This document shows, in pieces, positions 13,842-26,248 of a DNA stretch of 64,000 bases (positions are counted from its first letter, which is position 1; every line of letters starts with the position of its first letter). The notes beneath the pieces are model-generated. The model was not told the origin of the DNA. It saw only the letters and a list, made by a program, of their open reading frames with translations, and did no database searches. Origin of the DNA: Catajapyx aquilonaris (lineage: Eukaryota); NCBI GenBank assembly GCA_000934665.2, contig JYFJ02001593.1:1-64000 (forward strand). The letters run 5' to 3'. The position numbers and the translations under genes were made by a program.

Positions 13842-14048
13842 ATGCTGAAGCTGGTAAGTTCACTCTCATCATCTATCCAAATACAGCATGTGGAACCGAC
13901 ACTAATTGATTGGAATCTCCAGCTGATCCTCGTCATGGCCCTTCTGGCCCTGGCCAGCGCCCAGTACTATGGCTACTACGGCAGCACCTACGGCTATGGT
14001 GTGCCTTACACCTATGCCTACAGCCCTGCTGTTGCCTACTACCGTTAA
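13842..14048 (+). CDS. Small secreted Tyr-rich peptide 4 (45 aa)
   Basis: Exons 13842-13853 (MLKL) and 13923-14048 give MLKLLILVMALLALASAQYYGYYGSTYGYGVPYTYAYSPAVAYYR*. TATAAAA at 13742-13748, 3'UTR intron 14059-14120, AATAAA at 14206-14211. Confidence 0.9.
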   Translation: MLKLVSSLSSSIQIQHVEPTLIDWNLQLILVMALLALASAQYYGYYGSTYGYGVPYTYAYSPAVAYYR

Positions 14049-14965
14049 AACATCTTCGGTAAGTGCACAGACCTGCAATATGAAAGTGGTCAACTAATTA
14101 GCATCGATTAATTATTGCAGGACCATTGCTTCATCCATGACGACCCCCTGACGTAACATCAATTCGGACAACACCTTCACAAATTGTCTTCATACCTATG
14201 CTGTGAATAAAATCAAAGTTGTTCTTCAAACCTAGCCTATTATTATTCACAAACTAGCACTGAAAATGGGTTCAAAATATTGTTCGCTGCGAATGAAACA
14301 TTGGTATCGTAAAGGGTCTTTATTCCTCACTGGAAGCAACAGGAAACAACTGGGAAACAACCAATGGGCAGCGCACACTGAGGCAAGCGACGGGACAAGT
14401 GCACTTAGTGACGAGGGTTAAATGCACTGGTTCCAATTGGTTCAGTGTCGGTGAGCAAAAAGCAGCGGTTTAACACTTCTCCTTATTAACTCTTCCAGTA
14501 TTGTTATTATTACTATGTTTTCAACATTGCGCTTCGAGTGGCAGTGATCTTAAAAATGATTGTTGTGTAGCATCTTTCACGCTTTCAGCCAACAGCAAAA
14601 TGAAGCACAATACTCATGACGTCACCGCGCTATGCAAGGGAATGCGTTCTAGTCAGCACTTGAATGGCGATTATGATTTTAGTGCCGGTTTACATGTCAC
14701 CATTGTTCTAAGCTAACCCAGAAAATTTACATGCAGCTTACTTTTTTTCAGATCAAGTTCTTCAGATTTTACAAGGCATTCCTGCAAAAATTCATTTTCA
14801 AATATGTCAACTTTTCCCTTCACACAAGTCAATTATTTTTTTTGACAGCAACGCAACTTAATGAGGCAAAAATTTTAGATTTTAAAAAAATCTTAGAATA
14901 AATTCGGTCTTCAATGCAACACCTGATTATTGCAATTTAAAAAATGCCTGGATATGCACTACTAA

Positions 14966-15609
14966 CAAGGGAAGTGTCTGTAGGGCCATCGGCCAATCGG
15001 CCCGAAAATGACACTAGGGGTAAATCGCAGGCCAGAAATTCATTGGTGAAAGTAAAAAGTCGCATTAGCCAAGCGTTTTCGAGATATGGGCGACTATAGG
15101 TGCCTGGCAAACACGAATAAGTAATTATTTACTGAGCTTGTGACTATTAATTTTTCCGAATATGAAGCCATGGAGAGAGTAGGTAAGCATCGGCAGAAGA
15201 AAAAAAAGTAATACACTTCCCAGAAAGCTGTTTATTTATTCCTGTTGATTGCAAAAGGGAAGATATGCGGTGATAAACGGTGTTGGGGAAGAAGGAAAAA
15301 GAAACCGATGCTCCGAGACGAGAGAGGGAGGGGGGGAAAAAAGTCGCTTCCCGCGGACTTGAACGCGGAGACTTCGGATCATGACGCGGACGCGCTACCG
15401 ACTGAGCCACGAAGACTGTTTATAATTTCTTCTGCCGAATGCGCCCCATTGTCACCGAGCAGGTTTGCCGGGCACCTATAGTCGCCCATATCTCGAAAAC
15501 GCTTGGCTAATGCGACTTTTTACTTTCACCAATGAATTTCTGGCCTGCGATTTACCCCTAGTGTCATTTTCGGGCCGATTGGCCGATGGCCCTACAGACA
15601 CTTCCCTTG
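14966..15609. mobile_element. MITE / non-autonomous DNA transposon, 147-bp TIRs, TAA target-site duplication (PIF/Harbinger-like TSD)
   Basis: 14966-15112 and 15463-15609 are reverse complements with one mismatch seen (tgcctggc vs tgcccggc). TAA flanks both ends (14963-14965, 15610-15612). No transposase ORF in the 350-bp core. Confidence 0.9.
15343..15416 (-). pseudogene. tRNA-Met(CAT)-derived pseudo-tRNA / SINE-head-like Pol III cassette inside the MITE
   Basis: Minus strand reads GTCTTCGTGGCTCAGTCGGTAGCGCGTCCGCGTCATGATCCGAAGTCTCCGCGTTCAAGTCCGCGGGAAGCGAC then T6. A-box TGGCTCAGTCGG, CAT in the anticodon position, B-box GTTCAAGTCC within a CCGCG/CGCGG stem. Acceptor and anticodon stems are imperfect. 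Confidence 0.7.
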
Positions 15610-18600
15610 TAAGTACTTGAGGAGTTCAATAGGTGGCGGTCGGGACAAGTATACACAACGTCAAAAATATGATACATAAGTTAACCTCAGAAGATAACAC
15701 ATGATGAACCGAACAACATATCCGATGATACATGTAGAGAGTACAAACATAACACTGAAATATTTCAGATACCAGAGAGACAACTTATGGAATATAAATA
15801 GCGAATAATATTTAACTAGATGGAAGTTGATGAATTATGACAAGGAAAAAATACACCCAAGGACACATTACAAGATAAATGAAACATTAAAATCTGGTAA
15901 TTAAAATGTACAATGCTTATTTCCATAATTGGTATGCACTGATGAGTGAAATTATTATTAAATGCACCACAAATATTGAGATCATATAATGAGAAAGGTC
16001 AGTTATTAACTTCCACTTTGAACTGCCAGATATGCTTGAAACAAGTACTTACAAGCATGTAAGAATGGCACATTGGATTATTATTGGCAATATCCAATTT
16101 ACCAGATATATTCCCACAATAAAACATATTACCTGGCTACTCACACATGAACAGCATTGTCGCCTACACAGTCCGTAATCACGACATTTATTCATGAGTA
16201 AAAATGAGTGTAATAAATGAGTAATAAATTGGCTGAACATACACATTAATACTTTGGCGTGCGGGTATCTATTTCATTTGCATTGTTTTGATTTAACTTG
16301 ACAGTACTGACGCAACATGATTTTCTCCCATCAAATCGCTGCAAAAGCGTGGGATACAAAAGACACCTTGGGAAGGACAACTTGCTAAAGCACCTGAGCA
16401 ATATATACAGTATGTTCAAGACAGTTTCGCATAAGGGACTGTGACGTAACTAAGACGAAACGCTACTGGCTCCTGGTTACGCTAAATTACTGAGCTGAGA
16501 TTATTCCCTGCAACAATGCTTCAATTCAAAGCTGCTGTGAAATGTAGATAAGTAACATGCTCACTGCCAAAGTTGACATGAAATCTACCTATCTTCGATG
16601 GAATCGACAGTGTTACATGTAAGGTCAGTGTATAAACCTTTCGACACGCTCACAAACACGATGCTCTAATAGCACTTATGCTCATCATGTTCTGTGATAT
16701 TCTTTAATGACTGCTTACTTGTTAAGTACGGTAGTGCTCAGGTAAGGTGCAACTGCTGGGATCCCCTCTGCGAAACTGTGCCAGAACGTACACTGAGTGG
16801 CTGAACCTATGAAGCATCCCTAAGTGGCGAGCATGCAATGCAACACTGCGATATTGCAATAAAAGCAAACAGTCTCCAGGAAAGAACCAGCTCGGGGGCC
16901 ATCCAGGGATCGCTTCCTTTTTCTCAGGCTTGCATGCACAAATGCCATGCCAAAAACCCAATAATACTGCAGTAACAATCAATGCACACCTACTCATTGA
17001 CGCTAATTTGCTTTGGTCGTGTATAAATTCGTACATGTATAAAACCTGGCTTCAGTACAAAGACATATGATACAAATTCGGTTTTGAATTATTATTTTTT
17101 TCGTCTTCTTTTTTTAAATGCATTTGGGGCTGAGTTCGGTTAATTGTGTTAGACTATAAGTCAAATTATTTTTTTTGGCTTCTTATTTGCGCCATCATTC
17201 ACTCATCGCCTGGACAACCCGAAATATCCTTGAAACTCACCACAAATGCAACGCTCTTCCTGTACAATAACTACTTTTAAGACATCTAATCTATGCCACG
17301 GACATGCACAATTTAAAATTAGCACCTTTATTTGCTCAGACCAATTCGACGTAATGTGTGATTAAGCTGCATGTCATTTCCTACCACTGCCAGTAAACAC
17401 TTGCAAAAGTTTACCATTACTCCTCAATGAAATGACTACTGCTTCATCAAACACTTACGATTATTACCAGTCTACACAATCACTGGCTGCTTCTTTTTTT
17501 TTTTTTTCCAAAGGATATTGTAGTGTGGAAATGTGGATATTACTTGTCTTTAAAAATGACTTTCATGAGCTAGGAATATTTGCATAACCATTGCACATAC
17601 AAATTTTTAAACTGTGAATTCATGTTTCAATTCACATTTTCCATATTGTTGCATACGGTACGTCGTAATTCATTAACGAACATAATTCTGAGGACGATAT
17701 AAACTATTCCCACACTTCAAAAACTCACTGTAAATATCTGAGCGTTGCTTTGAGGCAAACTCCAAGCCTCTCACGAAAGGCAGGCATAATAATTTTTCAA
17801 ATTGCTAAAAAGGACACAAACTATTATGCTAAAACAGCTGGCAAAAAGTGTGGCTTGGCAAAAATCCATGTTACGGTACGTTGCACTCAAATGAGAGGAT
17901 AAAATATTGTGTTTCCCTACAACAATGAACAGGAGCTAGAAAATAAATAGCTTGTTCAATATGCCCAACAGTGTCAATAAATTCCTATTGTTTAGAATTA
18001 AAGTTGTCATTATTACTTTTCTTCAAGATAAAACAATGGCAGTATATTTGCCTATTCATATTGGTCAACTTTGTTGTTTTTTCAACAGTGGAACCCTTAT
18101 TTTCCATTTTATGAATCTGTGCATCAATGGCGATATCCGCAGGATAGAACATTTCCTCCACATGCATTAGCGGATCTCTTTCACGACGTCTTGGGAGTGT
18201 ACGATGCAATTAACATCAGTTGGTGCCAAATGCTCACGTAACTGATATAACATTTGATGAGATACCAAGCGGATAACTCAATTAATGCACAGGAGCATAA
18301 ACTTTGAGCAAAAATTTGTTGTTTGTGAGAGCGCTTTTTTTTTTTTGCTCCTCACTATTTTGTGGTTCCTACAACAATCCCTAGTTTTCAACAATGGATT
18401 AGAATCCTTTTAAACCTGTTACAACTGCGGCATCTTGTCGCTAACTTTTCTTAAACGGGTGTCAAACAGCTCAACTGGTCTGCATTGTGGCATTGCTCCG
18501 TACCTTCAAATTGATTATACTTTTTCGTGGTTTGATATTAGGTAGCCACAATTAATTACAGGGACAGACCTGTTGCTTTCCCACCCAAGCTCCGGAGAGG

Positions 18601-20600
18601 CTGAACCACATTTTGGGTTCATGTCAAATTTTCAAGCAACTGTTGAGACCTTGTCAGTACTTTCAGAGTGATCTTTTAATCCCCAAAAACAGCTAACGAC
18701 TAACACCAAGAATGCAGCTATATTTGTGATATGTGTCTATTCCCCCCTTTCCAAACTATGGCTGAACTTAGCCCACTTTGTCAGACTCTATGTAGACCAA
18801 AAAAAAAAAAATTGCATTCAAGTACCTATACGGCATGGAGACCATATATCGAAGCAAATTGATTAAAAATGCAATTGTCAGAGGAAAACAAGCTACATCT
18901 ATCCTACTTTGGCATTCATAATTAGTGTTCGTTGGCACACGTAACAGAGACAGAGAGATAATAATTTTTTTTGGCATGAACTGGAAATTAATTGAATTGT
19001 AGGCGTAAGAATGTGAAAAGGGGAGAAAAGAACAGCAAGTCAGACCTGGGCCATTGTGTCCATCGCACTCTCTCGAAACCAGGTCTGCTTTTCCCTCGGC
19101 AAAGTATGCGATCCCAATGCTTACACGTAGTGACTTAAATCCTCTAACTTGTCGTCCCCTCCCAAAGATTCAAATGCATTTAGTAACAGCCTCAATGAGT
19201 TTTGCGTCCCAGGATATCGTTCCTTTTTGGAGGACTAATAACAGGTTTGCAGTCAGTTACAGTCCAACTGAAGTTGGACTCAAATTCAATCCTTTCACAA
19301 CCATCGTGCAACAATTTGCTGCATAGCAGATATAAATTTCTTGGCATTATTTACCAGGTTATTGAGAAGCTGCTGGGACTCGATTGTATTATTTAAAAAT
19401 CTTCAAAGATTCCTGATTTAGTGAATGTCCAATTCTGTGGTACTGGGCAAGAGGGCACATGTTTTATATCACCAAATCAACACATATAGAACTTGGGCAC
19501 TACAGGTGCAAATAAAGATATTTGCCTGAAGGTTATTCAGTAATTATTGCTCGAGGAGCCTGAAGATATGAAAGTTTACCACAGATACTGTCCTGAGCAA
19601 AAATATTTGGATGACTGGTTGCAGGTTTGATTTATTGGAAGAGCAGAGGCAACTACGGCGTGACTAGTCACAGGTGTGGCACCACAATAAATATGCGTCC
19701 TACTACTGTATTCGCTGGCATTCCTGTGAACTCTTGATCTTTCCGGGACCAATGCAATGGCCCAGATATTTTTGCTCCGACTTAGACAGCTCCATGAATA
19801 TTGATAACAACATGTCTGATAAAGTACACAATAACAACAAGATGTAATGATGAGAGGCAACAACAGGTATCACTTGCGGTATTATCCTTGTTGGAAGCGG
19901 GATTTACAAATGGCATCACCTTCGATTAAATGTGGCACCATGCAGTGCTTCCTTTTTCCTATCTTTTTTAGCAAAGATGTTTCACTAAATTCCAACGTTG
20001 TAGCATTTTAAACCACCACTTGCAAAACTGGATGATGACAAGGATGACACCCAGGTGAACGGTACCTTTTGGCAAATAACTTTACTGCACACCAGTGCTA
20101 CGACACTAAAGATTAATATAAAAACTACAAATTGAGGCAGCGTTTTATGCATAATTTAAATTCTAATGAATAAAATGCTGCCTCCATTTGTAATTTTTTC
20201 GGTGGTCCCATGTTGCACATTTTGTTGCCTTTTTGCCTAAGACAAATGCAGTGGAAATGTCATAAATGGAAATCCGCAACTGCATTTGTCCTCATGAAGC
20301 ACAAGTGACATATCCTCTGCAGAATGATAGGCTAATAGCTATTCATATCTCAATATTATAACGTTTACTGGACTTGATGGCAATTTTTACTCCAAATCAC
20401 TAACAAAACAAATTCAGAATGCTCTGTCTCCAGTCAAATGACGTGTGCATGGAGTGACACAAGTGAGGAAGCAACTATCTTGCAGCTGATCATGATAATT
20501 CCACTGGCAATGAGTATTGTGCACTTCATGCTCAGAACCACAGAACTGCCTTGTGTTATCTGCAACCTTCGGGAGAGGCTGTTTCCGACAACGACCCTGT

Positions 20601-21682
20601 TTAATCGTCAAGTCCATCTCCCCCTCCACCCCCGCCAACTTCAACCCCAGTCCCAACTCCAACTGAAACCTGTCCATCTCCTCCCTGTCCTCCGCCCCCT
20701 GCCCCATTAGCCGCAGTGGTCAAGGAGGCCTTCCTGTACATTTGCAAGAATCCAATGGCATCGCAAGCCTCCTGCCTTTCTCCGAGGTAGCGACAGGATG
20801 CATCCTGAAGGGTCTGCAGGAACCGCCTGTCCGGCACCACCCCCATGAGGTGATCAATGTTCATCTCAGCCAGAAGCTCCAACTCCTTCCCGCTGAGCCA
20901 AGGAAGAGCAGACAGATCCTCCCTCAACTCAGAAACAAGCTCCTCAACGCTGGAGGGGATCTCAAGCTCTGGATCCATTCCATCCGCTTGGTCCAAGGAG
21001 CTCCAACTGAACAAGACATATGGCCGTATATATCAGCAGCAACACACAATCCAGTAATTGCAGGCAATGCGCTTTTTACCCAGTCTTTTTTCGCGGGTGG
21101 GGTTTAATTATATTTACAACCCTCGCCTTGTCATCGGCCACATCTGAATGAGTCGGGTGTCTTTTTTTTTTTCCTCACCACCAAGGTCGCCAAAGCCAAG
21201 CTAGAAGCCACAGTACTCACCCCCTGAGCTGCTTCGTTGGGATCCATTTCTCTTCTTCAAGTAGGAGCATCAGGACAGTGTCTGGCTCCAGGGTGCTGAA
21301 GTACTCTTCGTCATCTATCTCAGTCCCATCATACTCAAGAACGATCCGCACTGACGCAGCCTGATCCACACCCAACTTCTGCCTGGCTGAAATGGTAAAA
21401 TTCCATGAGACAACTCCCTAATTCCTGATCAATAGACACAATACCTGTCTCAACCAAGTCGCACAAACTGGAAGCCATGATGCCCTTCCTGGCGTCCCTG
21501 GTGGCATCCACCACTTTGTACGGCTTCCTCTCCTCTCCGCCCATCCCGTTCTCACAAGCCCCGTCGTCCGCCTCCCCGTTGGTCAGTTCCTCCCCTGCGC
21601 TTCCGCCTCCCAAACCCGCCTCTTCCATGCTGCTCACCCGTTCCTGACGCCTCAGCGGTGCATTCGGAGTCGATCCAGACAT
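20601..21682 (-). CDS. CIDE-N domain protein, DFF45/ICAD (DFFA / Drep1)-like
   Basis: Exons 21682-21445, 21386-21221 and 21006-20601 join in frame. CIDE-N motifs KPYKVVDATRDARKGIMASSL...IVLEYDGTEIDDEEYFSTL...LMLL..EEKW, then a helical DFF-C-like region and a Gly-rich tail. Confidence 0.85.
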
Positions 21683-24600
21683 GTTATACCACGAAGTAAT
21701 GTCGCCTCACACCATCGCCTGCCATGAAACAATCAGTTTTTTTTAAGGAACACCTGAATGACCCGGAATGTTCCAAAAATTTGGAATCCCAGGTAGGCCA
21801 CACCTACACCTTGCCAATAATTCTACCTGCATTAATTGCGACGCCGTGCGACGCCTCTTAGGAACACATTAGTGGATTCCACAAGAACTGTTCGAATTTT
21901 TTTGCCCTTTTCCAGGATTCACCCGGTATACTGACCCACCTGATAGTGTGTCACCAGTAGCAGCGTCGATTGTGGGGTAGTTGTTGGGAGGGTGGGGCGT
22001 CGGTTGGGGGGTAGGGGGGCTGTCCCTTGACGACGCCGACGACGTCTGCCTACTGCCTTCCTGACCCAAATCCGAACACTTGACAACACAGAGAATTTAT
22101 TTAGCTGCGGGTTCCAATACGGCCGGTAGATGGCAGGACAGTGCCCGCTGGCTTGCACTGGAGCACCCTCACGTGTCAGATCCAGGAACTACGACACAAA
22201 CAAAGCCGGCTTGTTCAACTCCTAAAGAAGTTGTCCTTGAAATGTACATTTTGCATTGTCTTCAAGACGTGCTGCTTCCCACCTGTTACGGGCAGCGCAC
22301 TTGCAAAAACATATAAGGACACACCCAGACCGGAAGTCGACGCAAATGACACACATTTGGGCGCATTACAAGCCATAGGGTTCAGCCTATTTTTGGCGCC
22401 ATTTACGAATAAAAGTACAGTTAATTGTTATTTCCGAGTTGCACATGATGGGGTAGTCGTAAACGCTGATTGGCGGTTTGTTGTCTGGAAGACTGCTTTT
22501 TATTGCAAGGGGGGAAGGTTGTGGTCCTCTCCCAAGAGTTGAAGGGGAGAGTGGTTTGGGTGGGTTGGTGGGGGAATGGGGAAGAGGGGATGGGGGGGGG
22601 GGGGGNGTGGGAGTCCCTCCACCCCACACACACAGTCTGCCTCTGGAGCCGGATCGAGTGAGGACCACAGGGATAACAACAAGGCTGCATTGTTGCCCAG
22701 GTGAGTCATCAACCCACACCTGTTGCAACTTATCCCAGGAAAGGAAAAAAAAAAAAGTGTGCGTCAGTCAATCCTGCGCTGTAACCTACTTTTTCCCGAA
22801 CTCCCGACCACCTTTCTATTGTTGAATGGCAACACCCACACCTTCAACCCCACCCCTGCCACCATGAGCAAAGTACAATTGTGGCAAGTACACATCGAGG
22901 GGGTTCATGACCGGATTGTTTGTCGTATCAGGCAGGAGCCATTGAAGGTACTTTTCATTTTTGTAAGTGTCGACAGTATAGTTGTTAAAACTGCAGTTAA
23001 CCTGCTTTTTGTTTGCGTGTACACTGTACACGTTCACTAACTTATAAGCGACAGGCGGAATGTCTGTCCAGCAAGATGATGTCACCAAACTTATTTACCG
23101 CAAATGACTCATTCAAGCCAAAACAGCCCACGTGCCCATTACGTGGGCGTTACCTGCAACGAGAGCCTAATTAGTACAGTACAAGTAGTCTCCTACAGTA
23201 CACCCGGCTGATGACCCTCGATATATTTTTTTTTTTAACGTAACAAATTGTGATCAATAGATCCCGTTTAAAAAAAGAGCGTGTGAAGTGCCGCACCTGG
23301 TTACAACACACAGGTTAAACGCTCGGTTAGTTACACAGGTTTTTTGGGAGAGTGAAAAATTAAAAGTATTCCTGGTCACGAGCGATTGGCCCATTTCCAG
23401 GCACGTGGGTCAATGCCTCTCTCGTGAGAGGGGCTGGAATTGAACATGGTTAAAATTAACCCGTCGTCGTACCAAAACTGTTTCCTTTTTCTCTCTCTCT
23501 CTTGAAATGTATTCCGGAGTGTTCCTGAGGGAATTCCTGGAGCTCTTATTGGCTCCATCGCATCCCCTGAAACACACAGAGGCTGCTTACTTGGGTTGAG
23601 TCTAGTCGTGTCCGACTCTCGTTTGGGAATTGTTTTCTGCAGCATCCCCCCCTCTTCCAAATAGTATCTGTCTGCCACTAAAGTGGTCACGTGCCTTGCC
23701 TTTAGGAGAGGACTCTAAACTATTCCCACTTGTCCCTGTTTCCCTCAGGACAATAAGTGGGAGAAAGTAACGTACAAATGCCATTCAATGACTTCTTTTT
23801 TTTCCACTGGAAGGCTGCTGGAGAGAAATAAGTGAGGAGGAAATCAATTCAAACCCGTGCAGCGTACATAAAATATGACATTTAGCGCTTCCCCGCAAAT
23901 CCTCATAAATTTTGCACGACTTTTGCTGTAAAAATTCAGACCAAACATACGGTCACATGTCATATGACACCAACAACACGAAAAGAGTTCCCACAGGGCC
24001 TGAATTACATTTTGCTCTCCGTGTACTCTCACAGGACTGGGTGTACATTTTCGCGCTAATTATTAATTTACATCACCCCTACCTACCCCTCTTGCATTTT
24101 CTGGCCGCGAAAATCCCGTGTGCCCATGACTTATTAAGGCGCCGAATCGGTGCCAAGGTGCACCAAGGGTTATGCAACCTCCCATAGCACCAAGTCCGAA
24201 CCGGGGAAGGTCTGAATTATTCAGACCCTAAGGCAAATACGCTTTTTCGAAAATTGCGATTTTTTTTAGTTCATCACAACATATAGGCTTCAATGCTATC
24301 TCACCATTTTAACTGCCAGTTTATGCTGGTTAGTGCCGTTTAAATTATTGATTGTTCGTCCCAATCGCTTGATTATAAACTAACCGGCCAATTTGGGCAG
24401 TTTAAATTAAATATGAGGTTTTATCAGGTGCGAATGGGGATCGAATCACTTTGGCCATTTTTTTAAAAAACAAATGAGAAAATCCATACTGGAATCATCC
24501 TTGAAGTCCGGGTGTCATGTTGTCAGTATAGTCCGGTGCTTTGTGGAGTTGTGGGTATTGGATTCCAGCTTGGGTATGCGTAACATGAATCTGGAATCTT

Positions 24601-26028
24601 TGTCATTGGACGCCGGAAGCGCCTGTGTTATGATGAAGCATGGAGTCATGTTGCATACTTGCGCAATAACTCGGGTTTGTGTGGCATTGTTTTCGTACGT
24701 GCAGCGTATCATTATTCTGGTGCACTTTGGACTCATATTGTACAGTATGCAAGAGAGAATCAGCATGTTCAACATATCTACATAAATCAGGCGTCCACAC
24801 ATGTAACATATGACGCGGATTTGTTCCCCGCAGGCCAAAGCTTATCTCCGGTAAATTTTTAAAATACTCTATTAATCACGGTTAATCCCCGACACATTAC
24901 AATAATCTGCGTAATCCAGCAGAAGCCCGATAAAATAGAAGTCAATACTAAATCAATCCTCAGTGTAATTTATAGAAAACTTCAAGGACAATTCGGGCTT
25001 AATCGATACGTGCAGGTGAAGCTTCAGAAATTCAGAAAATTCCAGGAAAATTCCGCCATAAAATATTGCAGAACGTGATAGTCACAAACTCGGGATCTGT
25101 CAATCCCACCTGCAGTACACACTTTTTTGTTTGGCACACCCTGTTGATTCAAAGAGCCCCTTGTTGTATAATAATTTGAACCGATGACCGGAGCTGGATG
25201 CACACCCTGTGTTGATCCCGACCTCCCAATGTAATCCCTCTGTAATCCTGCCCTCATTTAACGAGCCGCGTGCAGGTGCGCGTACCCACAAGAGTAATTA
25301 ACCTGATCTGACGTCACACCCGGAATCCCAAAGTGGGACTGTGCACTCTTGCAAATGAACGGATTAAACCACCCCCCCTTTTTTTCCGACCCAGGGACCC
25401 TAACCCCTCCAAAATTGAGGATTAGAAAAAGAAGAAAAAGAAAAAAAGTTTTTTGGCGCCAAACAACATGCGCACATTTAAAGGAAAGAATTTAAGGAGA
25501 CAGCCAATGGTTGGGGTGGGTGTGATTAGAGAAGGTCCAATTGAACGTCGTATTCCATTAGCGTAACTTTTGGAGAGTATTCACTCGATCCTCGGATTAA
25601 AGTCTTTGCCGCAACTGCGGGCCAGCTCGACAAAGATTTCTTTGCCAACTTTCTCTTGATTTCCGCCTAATTTAAATCCTGATCAATTTAATGCAAAAAA
25701 CAGTTTTGTTCAATATGTAGCAGAAAATGATCACGTTGCTGTTGGTTGCTAGCGGAGAAAAGGGGCTGCGTTCGAACTTTTTTTTTTTTTTTGCGACCGA
25801 AAAAATTAGCTGCTGCCTTATATTAAGTTACAAGCTTACAGGTTGTAATTAAATTGCCCGGTTATAGCTGTGGAATCAAGGTCGTGACGGGAAATCTTTA
25901 ACACTGCAGTAGGATCAACAGGACAACTTCAGTTAACTGAAGGCACTGCTCTGGAGAAATTGGGAGAAATTTATGGCTTATTACAGATTAAACTAGTTCG
26001 CAAAACCATGAGAGTGACAATCACACCA

Positions 26029-26172
26029 TTTTAATGAGGTGGCCCGCCGATTTGCCACCTAGTACTATTTTTCGCGGATAGATGGCGCACGCTTCCTCTG
26101 CACACTCCTGCCACTCTCAAGTCGTGTGGGTGATAGTGGTACTATCAGGTCGGACAAACATCAGATGGAGTG
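26029..26172 (+). repeat. Dispersed ~145-bp repeat, copy 1
   Basis: Shares ...cccgccgatt...gatagatggcgca...cctctgcacactcctgccac.ctca.gtcgtg...gatagtgg.actatc.ggtcggacaaacatc... with 61083-61230 (+) and 44799-44940 (-). Confidence 0.85.
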
Positions 26173-26248
26173 AATTAGTGAACTTGTGACTTTCTTTGAT
26201 AGGAATGATGCGAGACCGTGGCCACAGCATCGGGTAAGTGCATCGAGG

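Noticed and set aside
15343..15416. Functional tRNA-Met gene
   Set aside because: Acceptor and anticodon stems are disrupted and the T-loop has 8 nt; recorded as a pseudo-tRNA.
15620..20600. 5-kb region without gene models
   Set aside because: No convincing exons or repeats; most simply intergenic DNA or a long 3'UTR of the CIDE-N gene.
24209..24227. Palindrome ggtctgaat-t-attcagacc (also gcccacgt...acgtgggc near 23127)
   Set aside because: Isolated short palindromes with no supporting TIR/TSD or RNA-gene context.
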